This document shows positions 11,445-24,043 of a stretch of DNA of 64,000 nucleotides, in pieces. Numbering within the stretch: position 1 is the first letter of the stretch; each line of letters starts with the position of its first letter. The stretch comes from Chiloscyllium plagiosum (taxonomy: Eukaryota): contig NC_057728.1 of the NCBI RefSeq assembly GCF_004010195.1, positions 53,464,174 through 53,528,173 of the forward strand, written 5' to 3'. Position numbers and translations under genes: made by a program. A model generated the notes under the pieces. That model did no database searches. It worked only from the letters and a program-made list of their open reading frames with translations, and was not told where the DNA came from.

Positions 11445-12490
11445 CATAGTCACATAGCACTGAAACAGGCCTTCGGTCTAACTTGTCCATGCTGACCAGG
11501 TTTCCTAAACTGACCTAGTTCCATTTGCCTGCATCTGGCCCACATCCCTCTAAACCTTTCCTATCCATGTATCTGTCCAAGTGTCTTTTCAATGTTGTAA
11601 TTGTACCAGCCTCCCCCTTCCTCTGGCAGCTCACTCCATTCACGCACCACCCTCTGTGTGAAAACGTTGCCCCTTAGGTGTCTCCTATGTCTTTCCCCTC
11701 ACCCCAAACCTATGTCTTCTAGTTTTTGACTTCCCAGGGAAAAGTCCTTGTCTCTTTACCCTATCTGTGCCCCTCATGATCTTATAAATCTCTACAAGAT
11801 CAGCCCTCAGCCGCCGCCTCTCCACAAGAAAAAAGGCCTATCCAGCCTCTCCCTTATAACTCAAACTCTCCAATCCCAGCAACATCCTTGTAAATCTTTC
11901 TCTCATCCTTTCCAGTTTAATAATATCCTTCCTGTAGCAGAGTGACCAATATTGTACACAGTATTCCAAAAGTGGCCTCACCAATATCCTGTAGAGCCAT
12001 AATATGACATCTCAGTTCCTATACTCAATGTTCTGACCAATGGAGGTAAGCGTACGGAACACCTATGTGCGACTCCACTTTCAAGAAACTACTATGCATC
12101 TACATCCCTTGGTCTCTGTTTGACAGCACTTCCCAGAACCCTACGATTGACTGTATACGTCCTGCTCTGGTTTGTTTTACCAAAATGCAACACCTTGTAT
12201 TTATCTGCATTAAACTCCATCTGCTACACCTTTTGCCCACTGACCCAGTTGATCAAGATACTGTTGTACACTCTGATAACTTCCTTCACTGTCTGATATT
12301 CCATCATTTTTGGTTTCATCTGGAAACTTAGTAACCATGCGTCCTATATTCTCATCCAAATGTGTATATAAATGATTAACAGTGGATCTTGCAGTTATCC
12401 TTGTGGCGCACCACTAGTCTCGGGTCTCCATCTGAATAACCACCTTCTACCACCATTCTGTCTCTTACTGTCAAGCCAATTGCGTACCCC
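11445..12490 (-). mobile_element. CR1 LINE 3' fragment
   Basis: Similar to the other CR1 3' ends in the window; degenerate RT C-terminus. Confidence 0.85.
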
Positions 12491-12499
12491 ATTGGGATA

Positions 12500-13170
12500 G
12501 GGGGTGGAATTCCAGATTTTTGACTGAACAATAATGAAGGAACTGTGAGATATTTCCAAGTAGAGATTGTGTGCACCTTGGAGGTGAACATAAAGGTGGT
12601 AGTGTACCCATGTAACTGCAACTCTTGTCCTTCTAGATGGTACTGGGTGTGGGTTTGAAAGATGTATCTAAGGACCCTGAGTCAATATCCTGTAGGTGGT
12701 ACACACTGCTACTGAGCATTGGTTGAGGAAATGAATTTTATGGATGTGATGCCAATCCTGCTGGCTGCTTTGTCCTGGATGTTGTCAAACTTTGAGTGTT
12801 GTTAGGCCTGCACCCATCCAGGCAAGTGGGGAATATTCTATCTCATGCCTGAATGGTGCCTTGTCTAGTGAACAGGCTTGGGGAGTCAGAATGTGAGTTA
12901 CTCACCGTAGTATTCCTAGCCTCTAAACTGTTCTTATAGCCCTGGTGTATTTACACTGCTCATCCAACTCTGTCTCTGGTCAGTGATAAGCTCGAGGGTA
13001 TTGATAGAGGGAGGTTCAGTGATGCTAACATCATTGAATGTCAAAAAGCAATAGATAAATTATCTCTTTGGAAGTGGTTATTGCTGAACACTTGGGCAGC
13101 GTGAACGTTACTTGCCATTTGTCAGCCCAAGCCTGGGTATTGTACAGATTTTGCTGCATTTGGACATGGG
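12500..13170 (-). mobile_element. Older CR1/L2-group LINE fragment
   Basis: Homologous to the + strand copy at ~22200-23225 (e.g. acatccaggacaaagcagcc motif). Confidence 0.6.
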
Positions 13171-13419
13171 TTGCTGGTTTGGTGGACCAAAAGTGTTGTC
13201 CAAAATGCAGTTGTTGCTGGGTGTCTTTCTTTTTGTACTGGAACTAATTGGGAAATCTTGCAAAATTCTTTCAGAGGCTTCTCTTGTGAGAGCAGCTAGA
13301 ACAGGACTTCAAGCGTCACATTGGACCCACAACAACCGTGAGCTGGGATTGATCTTTCGGCATTTTTCTCCCCCAACTCCCCCACCCCACTGCTACAACC
13401 AATATCCAAGCAGGAGATA

Positions 13420-13951
13420 NNNNNNNNNNNNNNNNNNNNNNNNNNNNNNNNNNNNNNNNNNNNNNNNNNNNNNNNNNNNNNNNNNNNNNNNNNNNNNNNN
13501 NNNNNNNNNNNNNNNNNNNNNNNNNNNNNNNNNNNNNNNNNNNNNNNNNNNNNNNNNNNNNNNNNNNNNNNNNNNNNNNNNNNNNNNNNNNNNNNNNNNN
13601 NNNNNNNNNNNNNNNNNNNNNNNNNNNNNNNNNNNNNNNNNNNNNNNNNNNNNNNNNNNNNNNNNNNNNNNNNNNNNNNNNNNNNNNNNNNNNNNNNNNN
13701 NNNNNNNNNNNNNNNNNNNNNNNNNNNNNNNNNNNNNNNNNNNNNNNNNNNNNNNNNNNNNNNNNNNNNNNNNNNNNNNNNNNNNNNNNNNNNNNNNNNN
13801 NNNNNNNNNNNNNNNNNNNNNNNNNNNNNNNNNNNNNNNNNNNNNNNNNNNNNNNNNNNNNNNNNNNNNNNNNNNNNNNNNNNNNNNNNNNNNNNNNNNN
13901 NNNNNNNNNNNNNNNNNNNNNNNNNNNNNNNNNNNNNNNNNNNNNNNNNNN
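13420..13951. other. Assembly gap (N)
   Basis: Run of N. Confidence 1.
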
Positions 13952-14223
13952 CTTCTTCCCGACCTCTCCGCCCCCACCCCAGTTTGACCTATCACCCTCA
14001 CCTTGACCTCTTTCCACCTATCACATTTCCGACGCCCCTCCCCCAAGTCCCTCCTCCATATCTTTTATCTTAGCCTGCTGGACCAACTTTCCTCATTCCT
14101 GAAGAAGGGCTAATGCCCGAAACGTCGATTCTCCTGTTCCCTAGATGCAGCCTGACCTGCTGCGCTTTTCCAGCAACACATTTCCATCTCTGATCTCCAG
14201 CATCTGCAGACCTCACTTTCTCC
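13952..14223 (+). mobile_element. Penelope-like element 3' end / pLTR with HHR core (family A)
   Basis: C-rich Penelope 3' region followed by cctgaagaagggctaatgcccgaaacgtc and terminal ctccagcatctgcagacctcactttctcc. Confidence 0.85.
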
Positions 14224-15379
14224 TTTCAGTGCAGAAAGCTTATCAGGTCAGCATTGACTCGTTAACTGATCATCATTATCTCATGTCAATCTTCTGCTTT
14301 ATCCCCATACCCTTATTTCTATTCAAATAATCATTTAATGCCCTCGTGAATGCCTCAATTGAACCTGCCTCACCTCATTTCCAGAAAATGCCTTGATTTT
14401 TCAGTGAAGGAAAACATTTTTCCCAACTGCACTCCTGTTTCTTTTGAAGATCACTTTAAATCCCTTCCCTCTTGTTTTTGTTCCTTTTATGAGTGGGAAC
14501 AGTTTCTCCCCAGTTACTCCTGGTCATGATTTTGAAAGCCTCAATCTGCAAGGAGAACAGTTCTAATTTCTACAATTTATCCTCATAATGGAAGTTTATT
14601 ATTCCATGTGAATCACTTCTGTACTCTCTCAATACATTCACATTTTTCCTTTATGACCAACGCTCATTTTGTGAACTCTCTTGTTTCTTATGAAAATATA
14701 CACATACAAGTTCTTAGACAATGAGAAACTGGAATATGGAACTATTAGGACATTATTGGGTTGAAGAGAGGTTAATTGATCAATTTTTTAGAAATAAAAA
14801 GTTGAATAGTCAAAGAAAAAGTGCTTCACCTATCATTTACAAATGTCAACTAACTTTGAGGAAAGAACGTCCAACCAAGCCTGTTAGAAGAGGTAAGAAA
14901 TGGATTTATAAAGTATTGTTGCTGCAGAACAGTCACTGGACCCAAAAGTGCTAACTCTGTTTTCTCTCCACAGATGCTGCCAGATCTGCTGAGTTTTTTT
15001 CCAGCAATTTCTAATTTACTAATTCACAGTCATTCTGTCACTGTTAACAATCACATTTCATTCACAGGAAATCAAAGTATCTAGGAGAAGTCAATCCATT
15101 CTATCTCTGAATTCAAACCCTTAACTGACAAGTCTGATCTTTTTTGCTTACTTTTAAAATCCATAATATCTCTGTAAAACTAAGTTGTTTTGTCTTGTTC
15201 ATGTATGAATGTATGGGCGATTAAGACGGTATGTTTTAAATCCACATAGTACTTAGCTAATAACCCTTTTTGCCACTTATTTCAATAACAAATTTGTTCT
15301 TAATACACAAGCTATTTTGAATTATTGAATTATTGGTGAGGTATCTAGAGAACAGTAAAAAAAAACAAATTTTGCTATG

Positions 15380-17670
15380 GCTCATAGACTGCCAAAGATT
15401 TTACAGCACAGAAGGAGGCCACTTGGTTCATTCTGTTCATTTCAGATGGTCAACACTATTCACATTGTCCAGCTTTTGGCCCAGAGCTCTGGAAGCTTTG
15501 CAACATAAGTGAATATCTAAACACATTTTAAATGTTATGAGAGCTTTCAATTTAACTGTCCGTTCAGACTGTGAGTTACAGACTCCCACCACCACTTGTA
15601 TGAAAAGCATTCTTAATTTCCTCTCAACCTACTGCTTTATACCTTAACCTTTTTGACCTTTCTATTAATGGAAAATGTGTCTTCCTATCCACTCTATCAG
15701 GTCCCCTCCTAAACTTATATGTCTCTGTCAGATCCTTTCTTAATCATCACAGATCCAAAGTAAAGAACCATTGCCTATCAAGCATTTTCTCATATCTCAG
15801 ATCCCCCAGACCAGGCAACATCTTGGTAAATCTCCTCTAATAGAATCACATCCTTCCCACAAAGTGGTAACCAGAACGGCATGCAACACTTTAGATGTCG
15901 CCTAATCAACATTTCCAGCTGTGGTAACCCTCAGATTAAATTACTACCAGTTGCCTCTCTCCAATGAGAGAGCAGGGTTATGGCAACTTTACCTTTATAA
16001 TCAGTGTTCCATACAGTTCCAACATAACCTCCTTGGTGTTGTATTTTATGACTTGGGTAATAAAGGCAAGCATTCCACATGCCTTCTTAACTACCTTATT
16101 TACCAGCTGTTGGTGGATACGCACAACAACATCCCTCTGATTTTTAATAGTTTCCAGGGTCCTAACATTCACAGTGTAATCCCTGCCTGGTTATCCCTCT
16201 CCAAGTGTATTACCTCACACATTTCCAGGTTAAATCCCATTTTGCCACAGCCCTGTCCACCTGAGCAGTTCATTGATATCCTCCTGCAGGTAATGGCTAC
16301 CCTCCTCATCATTTACCACTCTACCAATTTTTGTGATGTCCATGAATATCTTGATCATTTCCCTAAGGTTAAGCTCAAATCATTAACACACACCACAGAC
16401 AGCAGGAGCCCAAACACTGAGCCCTGCAGACAGACTTCCAGTCACAGAAACTTCTCTTTGTCTCCTGCCTCTCAGTCAATTTTAAATCCAACAAACTGTT
16501 TGAATAGGATCTTGGTTTCATAAACAGTAGGGGACCTTCTTAGAGCCTTGCTAAAGGCAATATAGACCACTTTATCACTATCAACATTCCTGGCTACCTA
16601 CACAAAAATTTTATCAAATTTGTTGAATGTGTCCTTACTTTAATGACCATCCTTGATTAATCCCTGTCTTTCCAAGTACAGATATACTCTATGTTTTAGA
16701 ATTCTTTCTAATAACTGTTCTACCACTGAGGCTAAGCTAGCTGGCCTGTAACCTCCTGATCTATCTCTAAACAACTGGATGACATAAGCAGAACGTCTAA
16801 TTTTCTGACACCTCAGTTATGGTCAGAGAGAGCTTGAGAGTTACTGGCTGGGACCCTGAAAACTCCCTTCTGATTTCCTCAACATTCTGGAATAACATTC
16901 ACCCTGTCCTGCTGATCTACATCGATTTAAGCTTACTAAGCCTTTTCGTATCGTCTCTCTTTACATGTTAGTATCTTCTAATAGCTCTAGATTTATTTTC
17001 CATTACGAAGACTGATGCAAGATACTCATTGAGGATTGTTCCCATATCAGATTATGTCGATGGTCCCTAATGGGCCTGACTTTTCCCTAGTTATTCTCTT
17101 CCTCATTATGTATCCTTAAAGAAAAAATTGCTTTTGTGTTGTCTGTTTCTACCTTCTGGTTCCGTATTCATACACAATCTTTATTTTTCAAATTTTCTTG
17201 TAAGTAGCTCTCCACACTTTTTAATCACCTCTTGGGTCTCTACCATATTGAGCCATCAGTTTCTGACATAAGCTTTTCCTTTATGTGCCTTAATGTCCAG
17301 GGCTCATGGATTAGTGGGGCTTGATTATCAGCTCACTCCTCCTCTCAGAGTCATAATACGCTTAAATATTTATAGAAACTCTTACCAGCTGTCTCATATT
17401 TCTGGCTAGCTTTTTCTCATACACTTATTTCCCTCTTGTTATTTTTCTTTGTCATCCTTTCGTGTTTTTTACATTCTGTTCAAACTTCTGGCCTGCCAAC
17501 AGTCGTTTTCAGTTCAATAATATCTTTAACCTTTCTTGTTAGCCACAGATGGTGGCTTCCTCCTTTGGAAATGCTCCTACTTATTGGAGTGTACCCATTC
17601 TGTGCATTTGAAAAAAATCCACTTAAGTGTCAGTCGCTTCATTTCTATTGACCGATCCATTACCCTAATT
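15380..17670 (-). mobile_element. Degenerate CR1 LINE fragments
   Basis: VVKKACGMLAFI..EVMLELYGTL and CR1-like 3' end; heavily decayed. Confidence 0.75.
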
Positions 17671-18227
17671 TGTCAAGGCACTTTGGTATAAAAATTAACA
17701 ATGACACAATTCAATGGTGAAGAGAAGGATGCAAGAGGAAATGCCAGGAGGAGAACCTGACACCCTTAAAAATGGGTTAGCAAACTGGATGAAGTCACAA
17801 TACAGGACTATTTGTGTGCCAAGTGGTGAAAGCAGAATGCAACAGTGATCTAAGTGATTCCACAACCAATGGATGAGATCTAAGCTCTGCAATGCTGCCA
17901 TGTCTAGTTGTGAATGGTTTACGATAACTGAACAACTAACAGCAACCTCCACAAATCTTCTCATCTTCAATTATGAGTGTGCCTAGCACATCAGTTCAAA
18001 AGAGAAAGTTGAAGCATATTCAACAATTATCAGCCAGAAATGCTAAGCCTCCTCTAGAGATTTTGGTATCACAGATGCTAGTCTTCATCCATTCAATTCA
18101 CTCCACATGTTATCAAAATATGTTTGCAGACATGAATTCTATAAAGACTATGGGCCCTGACAAGATTCCAACATTAAAGACAGAATTAACCATACCCCAA
18201 AACATGGCTATTCCAGTACAATTTCGA

Positions 18228-19795
18228 TAATAGACAATAGGTGCAGGAATAGGCCATTTGGTCCTTCAAGCCAGTATCACCATTAATTATGATCATAGCT
18301 GATCATCCATAATCAGTATTCTGTTCCTGCCTTATCCCCATTACCCTTGATTCCACTATTTTTAAGAACTCTATCCATCTCTTTCTTGAAAATATCCAGA
18401 GACTTGGCCTCTACTGCCTTCTGGGGCAGAGCATTCCATATATGCACCACTTTCTGGGTGAAGAGGTTTCTCTTCAACTCTGTTCTAAATGGCCTACTCC
18501 TTATTTTTAAACTGTGTCCTCTGGTTCTGGACTCACCCATCGGCGGAAACATGCTTCCTGCCTCCAGAGTGTCCAATCCTTTAATAATCTTATACGTCTC
18601 ATTCAGATCCCCTCTCATCCTTCTAAACTCAAGTGTATACAAGCTCAGTTGCTTAAAACTTTCTACATATGATAGTTCTGCCATTCTGGGAATTGACCCC
18701 ATGAACCTACGCTGCACTCCCTCAATAGCCAGAGTGTCCTTCCTCAAATTTGGAGACCAAAACTGCACACAATACTCCAGGTGCAATCTCACCAGGGCCC
18801 TGCACAGCTGCAGTAGGATCTCTTTGTTCCTATACTCAATTCCTCTTGTTATGAAGGCCAGCATGCCATTAGCTTTCTTCACTGCTCGCTGTACTTGCAT
18901 ACTTGCTTTCATTGACTGATGTACAAGAACACCTAGATCTCGTTGTACTTCCCCTTTACCGAACTTGACTCCATTTAGATAGCAATCTTCCTTCCTGTTC
19001 TTGCCACCAAAGTGGATAACCACACATTTATCCAATTTAAACTGCATTTTCCATGCATCCGTCCACTCACCTAGCCTGTCCAAGTCACTCTGTATTCTCA
19101 TAACATCCTCCTCACATTTCACCCTGCCACCCAGCTTTGTGTCATCAGCAAATTTGCTAATACTACTTTTAATGCCTTCATCTACATCTTTAATATATAT
19201 TGTAATTAGCTGCGGTCCCAGCACTGGACCTTGTTTTACCCCACTGGTCACCGCCTGCCACTCCAAAAGGGACCCGTTTATCACTACTCTTTGCTTCCTG
19301 TCAGTCAGCTAATTTTCAATCCAAGTCAGTATTTTGCCCCCAATACCATGTGCCCTAATTTTGCTCACTAATCTCCTATGTGGGATCTTATCACCCATTG
19401 GATCTCCCTTGTCCATCTTCATAGCTACATCCTCAAAAAATTCCATAAGATTAGTCAAGCATGATTTTCCCTTCATAAATCCATGCTGACTCTGACCTAT
19501 CCTGCTACTGCTATCCAAATGAGTCGTATTTTAATCTTTTATAATTGACTCCAGCATCTTTCCCACCATGACGTCAGGCTAACCGGTCTATAATTCTCTG
19601 TTTTCTCTCTCCTTCCCTTCTTGAAAAGTCACCCTCCAATCTGCAGGAACTGATCCTGAATCGATACAACATTGGAAAATGATTATCAATGCGTCCACGA
19701 TTTCTAGAGCCACCTCCTTAAGTACCCTGGGATGCAGACCATCAGGTCCCAGGGACTTGTGAGCCTTCAGACCTAACAGTCTATCCAACGACCAT
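18228..19795 (-). mobile_element. CR1 LINE ORF2 (RT) 3' portion
   Basis: ORF 18313-19284 (SGVKQGPVLGP, SKFADDTKLGG, LEYCVQFWSP); upstream QHGFMKGKSCLTNL and GPDGLHPRVLKE. Confidence 0.95.
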
Positions 19796-20311
19796 GACAT
19801 CTACCTGATAGTGTGGAAAATTTCCCAAGTATATCTTGTACACAAAAAGCATTTAATTTTTGAACATGAACTGTTTTTGTATCAGAGGAGTTGTGAATGG
19901 TGCTGAACATTGTGCAATCATCAGCAAACATCCTACTTCTGACCTATGAGGGAGAGAAGGTTGTTGATGGCACAATGAAGATGGTTTAGCCTAGGACAGT
20001 TCTCTGTGGAACTCCTGCAAGGATATGTTGGGACTGAGAGCAATGTTTTGTCTTAGTGTGTCTATTGTGACTCTTAAGTTGCTGGCCCTCTTATTGTGTC
20101 AGCATCACAGCCTGACCCTTAAAAGGGTGGCAACATTGAAGACAATTAATTAGGAAGCTACATCCAGGAACATTGCTCTGCTGGTATTGTTTGCAATGAT
20201 TGCAGTCTTATGATATCAATTGGTCTCAAAATTGGGGTCCAGAATCCTACAGGATAATTTTACCTAATACTTCTGGTATATAACCTTGCATCAGAAAGAA
20301 CAATATTCAGA

Positions 20312-21815
20312 GAGTCATGGTGTCATAGATCTGTACAGTATGGAAACAGTCCCTTTGGTCCAACTCGTCCATGCCAACCAGATATCCTAAATTAATCTAG
20401 TCCCATTTGCCCACATCCCTCTAAATCCTTCCTATTCATGTACCCTTCAGATGCCATTTAAAAGTTAAAAATCACACAACACCAGGTTATAGTCCAACAG
20501 GTTTAATTGGAAACACATTAGCTTTCTGAGCATTGCTCCTTCATCAGGTGGTAGTGGAGGGCTCAATCCCAACACACAGAATTTATAGCAAAAATTTACA
20601 GTGTGATGTAACTGAAATTATACGTTGAAAAATTGATTGTCTGTTAAGCCTTTCATCTGTTAGAATACCATGATAGTTTCACTTCTTTCATGTGTAAATC
20701 ACAAAACCTTTTTTTAAAAAGTTGCATTCTCAGGTTAGCTGTTAACAATGGGGATAGCTAGGCAATATGTTGAAGGTGTTGGCCCCCTGTGTTCTCTGTC
20801 TATACCATAATGTTTAGATTGATTCTAATCTAAAACGTGAGATAACGGAGTTTTACATGAATTCATGCAGTTCTTGAGCTCAGAGTTCTACATGAATGCA
20901 TGCAGTTTTTGAGCAAAGTACAATGTAACTCTGCTAGTGTACTTCCAATTAAATCTGTTGGACTAGAACCTGGTGTTGTGTGATTTTTAACTTTGTACAC
21001 CCCAGTCCAACAGCGGCATCTCCAAATCATTTAGAAGTTGTAATCGTACCAGCCTCTATCACTTTCTCTGGAAGCTCATTCCATACATGCACCACCCGGT
21101 GCCTCAAAAGGTTGCCCCGCGGATCTCTATTAAATCTTTTAGCTCTCACTTTAGGCCTATGCCGTCTAGTTTTGGACTCCACCACTCTGTGAAAAAGACC
21201 TTTGCTATTCACCCCATCCATGCCCCTTGTGATTTTATGAACTTCTATAAGGTCACCCCTTATCCTCCGACTCTCCAAGCAAAATAACCCCAGCCTATTC
21301 AACTTCTCCCTGTAGCTCAACTCTCCAACCCTGGCAACACCTTTGCAAATCTTTTCTGAACCCTGTCAAGTTTCATAACATTCTTGCTATAGCAGGGAGA
21401 CCAGAACTGAATGTAATATTCCAAAAGTGGCCTAACTAGAGTCCTGTACAGACTCAACATGACCCCTCAACTCCTATACTCAATTTACTAACCAATAAAG
21501 GCAAGCCTACCAAAGCTTTTACTATCCTGTCTACCTGTGACTCTGCCTTCAAGGAACTATTAACCTGCACTCCAAGGTCTCTGTTTAGTGACACTCCCTA
21601 GGACCTAGCCATTAAGTGTATAAGTCTTGCTCTGAATTGCCTTTCCAAAATGCAGCACCTCACATTTATTTAAATTAAACTCCACCTGCCATGATCAGCC
21701 CATCTGATAAAGGTCCCATTGTATTCTCAGATAACCTTCTTGTCCGTCCACTAGACCACCAATCTTGGTGTCAGCTGCAAACCTACCAATCATACCTCCT
21801 ATGTTCACATCTAAA
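20312..21815 (-). mobile_element. CR1 LINE 3' fragment interrupted by a family B element
   Basis: RRIRGDLIEVHK and VVHVWNELPE; sequence is continuous across the insertion. Confidence 0.9.
20467..21027. mobile_element. Penelope-derived inverted-repeat element (family B)
   Basis: Inverted terminal arms (gttaaaaatcacacaacaccagg... / ...cctggtgttgtgtgatttttaac); minus-strand CTGATGA..GAAA core; TSD cattta(a/g)aagtt at 20455-20466 and 21028-21039. Confidence 0.85.
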
Positions 21816-21844
21816 TTATTTTTTGTAATTAAATCATTGAATGC

Positions 21845-22159
21845 CTACAGTGTGGAAACATTCCCTTCGGCCCAGCAAGTCCATATCGACCCTCCAAAGA
21901 GTAACCCACCTAGTCTCATTCCCCTACCCTACATTTACCCCTGACTAATACACTAACACTATTGACAATGTGACATGACCAATTTACCTGACCTACATAT
22001 CTTTGGATTATGGAAAGAAACCAGAGCACCCGGAGGAAACCCACGCAGACACGGGGAGAATGTGCAAACTCCACACAGTCGCCTGAGAGGTGGAATCGAA
22101 CCCAGGTCCCTGGAGTTGTGAGGCAACAGTGTTAACTACTGAGCCACTGTGCCACCCCA
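21845..22159 (-). mobile_element. HE1-type tRNA-derived SINE
   Basis: Same family as the copy at 23291-23612. Confidence 0.88.
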
Positions 22160-22199
22160 TTTATATAAAATGACACAAAGTAGATCATGCCCCCTAATT

Positions 22200-23225
22200 T
22201 TGGTCAACTCAACCTGGCCAATTTCCACCCCATCATTCTGCTCTTGACCATCACTGAAGTGATGGAATGGGTCATCATCTTGTTTAGCAATAACTTGCTA
22301 ACTGAGATTCAGTCTGAGTTCCTCCTGTGCCATTCAGCTCTGAGCTTACTGCAGTCTTGATGCAAACATGGAAAAAAGAACTGAACTCCAAAGGTGGGGT
22401 GAGAGTGACTGCTCAAGGCTGCAGTTGGCCAAGTATGGTATGAAGAAGCGATAGTAAAACTGACGTCAGAAAGGAATCAGTTGGAAAGCTCTTTGTTGTT
22501 TGGAGTCATACCCAGCCTGTGGTGCTTGAAGGATAATTATCTCAGTTCCAAGATATCAGTGATGGTTGCACAATGTTCAATACTATTTGCAACTCCACAG
22601 ATACTAAAATAGTTCATGTCCAAATGCATCAAGACCTGGGCAGTATCCAGACTTGGGCTGATAAGAGGGAAGTAATATTTGTGTCACAGAGTAGCATGTA
22701 ATAGATACTGTCCATTTGCTTGGATTGGTGCAGCAGCAACAACATTCATGAAGTTTTATATCATCCAGGACAAAACAACCCATTTGATTGGCTAACTTCA
22801 ACATTTTCCACATTTACTCTCTTCGCTACCAAAGCACAATGACAGCAGTGTATGGCATCTACAAAATATATAGCAGGAACTTACCAAGGCTACTTTGACA
22901 GCATCTTCCAAACCGTAATATCTGCCATCCAGAAGACAAAGGCATAAGACATATGAGAGAGGGTGGTGTACTTACCACTGGACTCAGACCAGAGTTCAAC
23001 TCAAACCACAGAAACTGGTGGAATATTACACATCACTGTTCATTCAGTGTCGCTGAGTCAAAATTCTAGAGCTCCTATCCGAACCACAGTGTGGATGCAC
23101 CTGAAGCCCAATACTGAAACAGTTCAAGATACCAGCTCACCACCACCATCTCCAAGGCAACAAGGAACGGGCACTAAATGATGGCTCAGTCAGTGATGTG
23201 CACATTCTATGAATGGATTAAAAAG
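22200..23225 (+). mobile_element. Older CR1/L2-group LINE 3' fragment
   Basis: Degenerate RT-like sequence; tail shared with SINEs at 39620 and 60830. Confidence 0.6.
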
Positions 23226-23290
23226 TGCCTCTGATTTGAATAAAAATCACCAACATGAGGGACACTCCTGGCTTATGCTCACTGTCAATT

Positions 23291-23612
23291 TAGATTAGAT
23301 TAGATTAGATTACTTACAGTGTGGAAACAGGCCCTTCGGCCCAACAAGTCCACACCGCCCCGCCGAAGCGCAACCCACCCATACCCCTACATTTACCCCT
23401 TACCTAATACTACAGACAATTTTAGCATGGCCAATTCACCTGACTTGCACATCTTTGGACTGTGGGAGGAAACCGGAGCACCCGGAGGAAACCCACGCAG
23501 ACACGGGGAGAACGTGCAAACTCCACACAGTCAGTCGCCTGAGGCGGGAATTGAACCCGGGTCTCTGGCGCTGCGAGGCAGCAGTGCTAACCACTGTGCC
23601 ACCGTGCCGCCC
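23291..23612 (-). mobile_element. HE1-type (V-SINE) tRNA-derived SINE, young copy
   Basis: Minus strand gggcggcacggtggcacagtggttagc (A box) ... gggttcaattcccg (B box), V-domain-like gtgtggagtttgcacgttctcccc, (atcta)n tail, caattta flanks. Confidence 0.92.
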
Positions 23613-24043
23613 AATTTATGGCTGTTAAATTGAAATAAACACTTATAGGAATGACTGGCTGCAAAACAAGAAGCTACATCATCAAACACATGAATTTAAA
23701 TAATATTCCACATATAAACCCACATCAATGAAAGCTTGACTGACTTCTGTAACTTTGTAGAACAGATGACTTGATTTTTCTTTCCCTTACACTGAAATCT
23801 GTTCTGTTGCCACAGTGAATCATTTTTGTGGGTTTCATATATTAACTTAGAACTGATTGCATCCTGTTTCCCAAATCAAGACATTTCAAAAGTCTTGTTG
23901 GCCAACCTCCAATCTTCCAGCTAAGTAAACTTAACTCATCCCAAATTCATCTGCCTGTGCCCTGATTCGTACCAAGTCTGATTACCTCCCATCCTGATGA
24001 TCTATATTAGCTCCTGCTCAAGCATCACCTCAAATTTCTAATT

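Noticed and set aside
13112..14046. Long ORFs spanning 13.1-14.0 kb (also 44.6-45.6 kb and 50.5-51.2 kb)
   Set aside because: Artefacts of N gaps translated as X.
18313..19284. 323-aa ORF as a host gene
   Set aside because: It is the RT C-terminus of a CR1 LINE.
23540..23612. tRNA gene
   Set aside because: The A/B boxes belong to the head of an HE1-type SINE.
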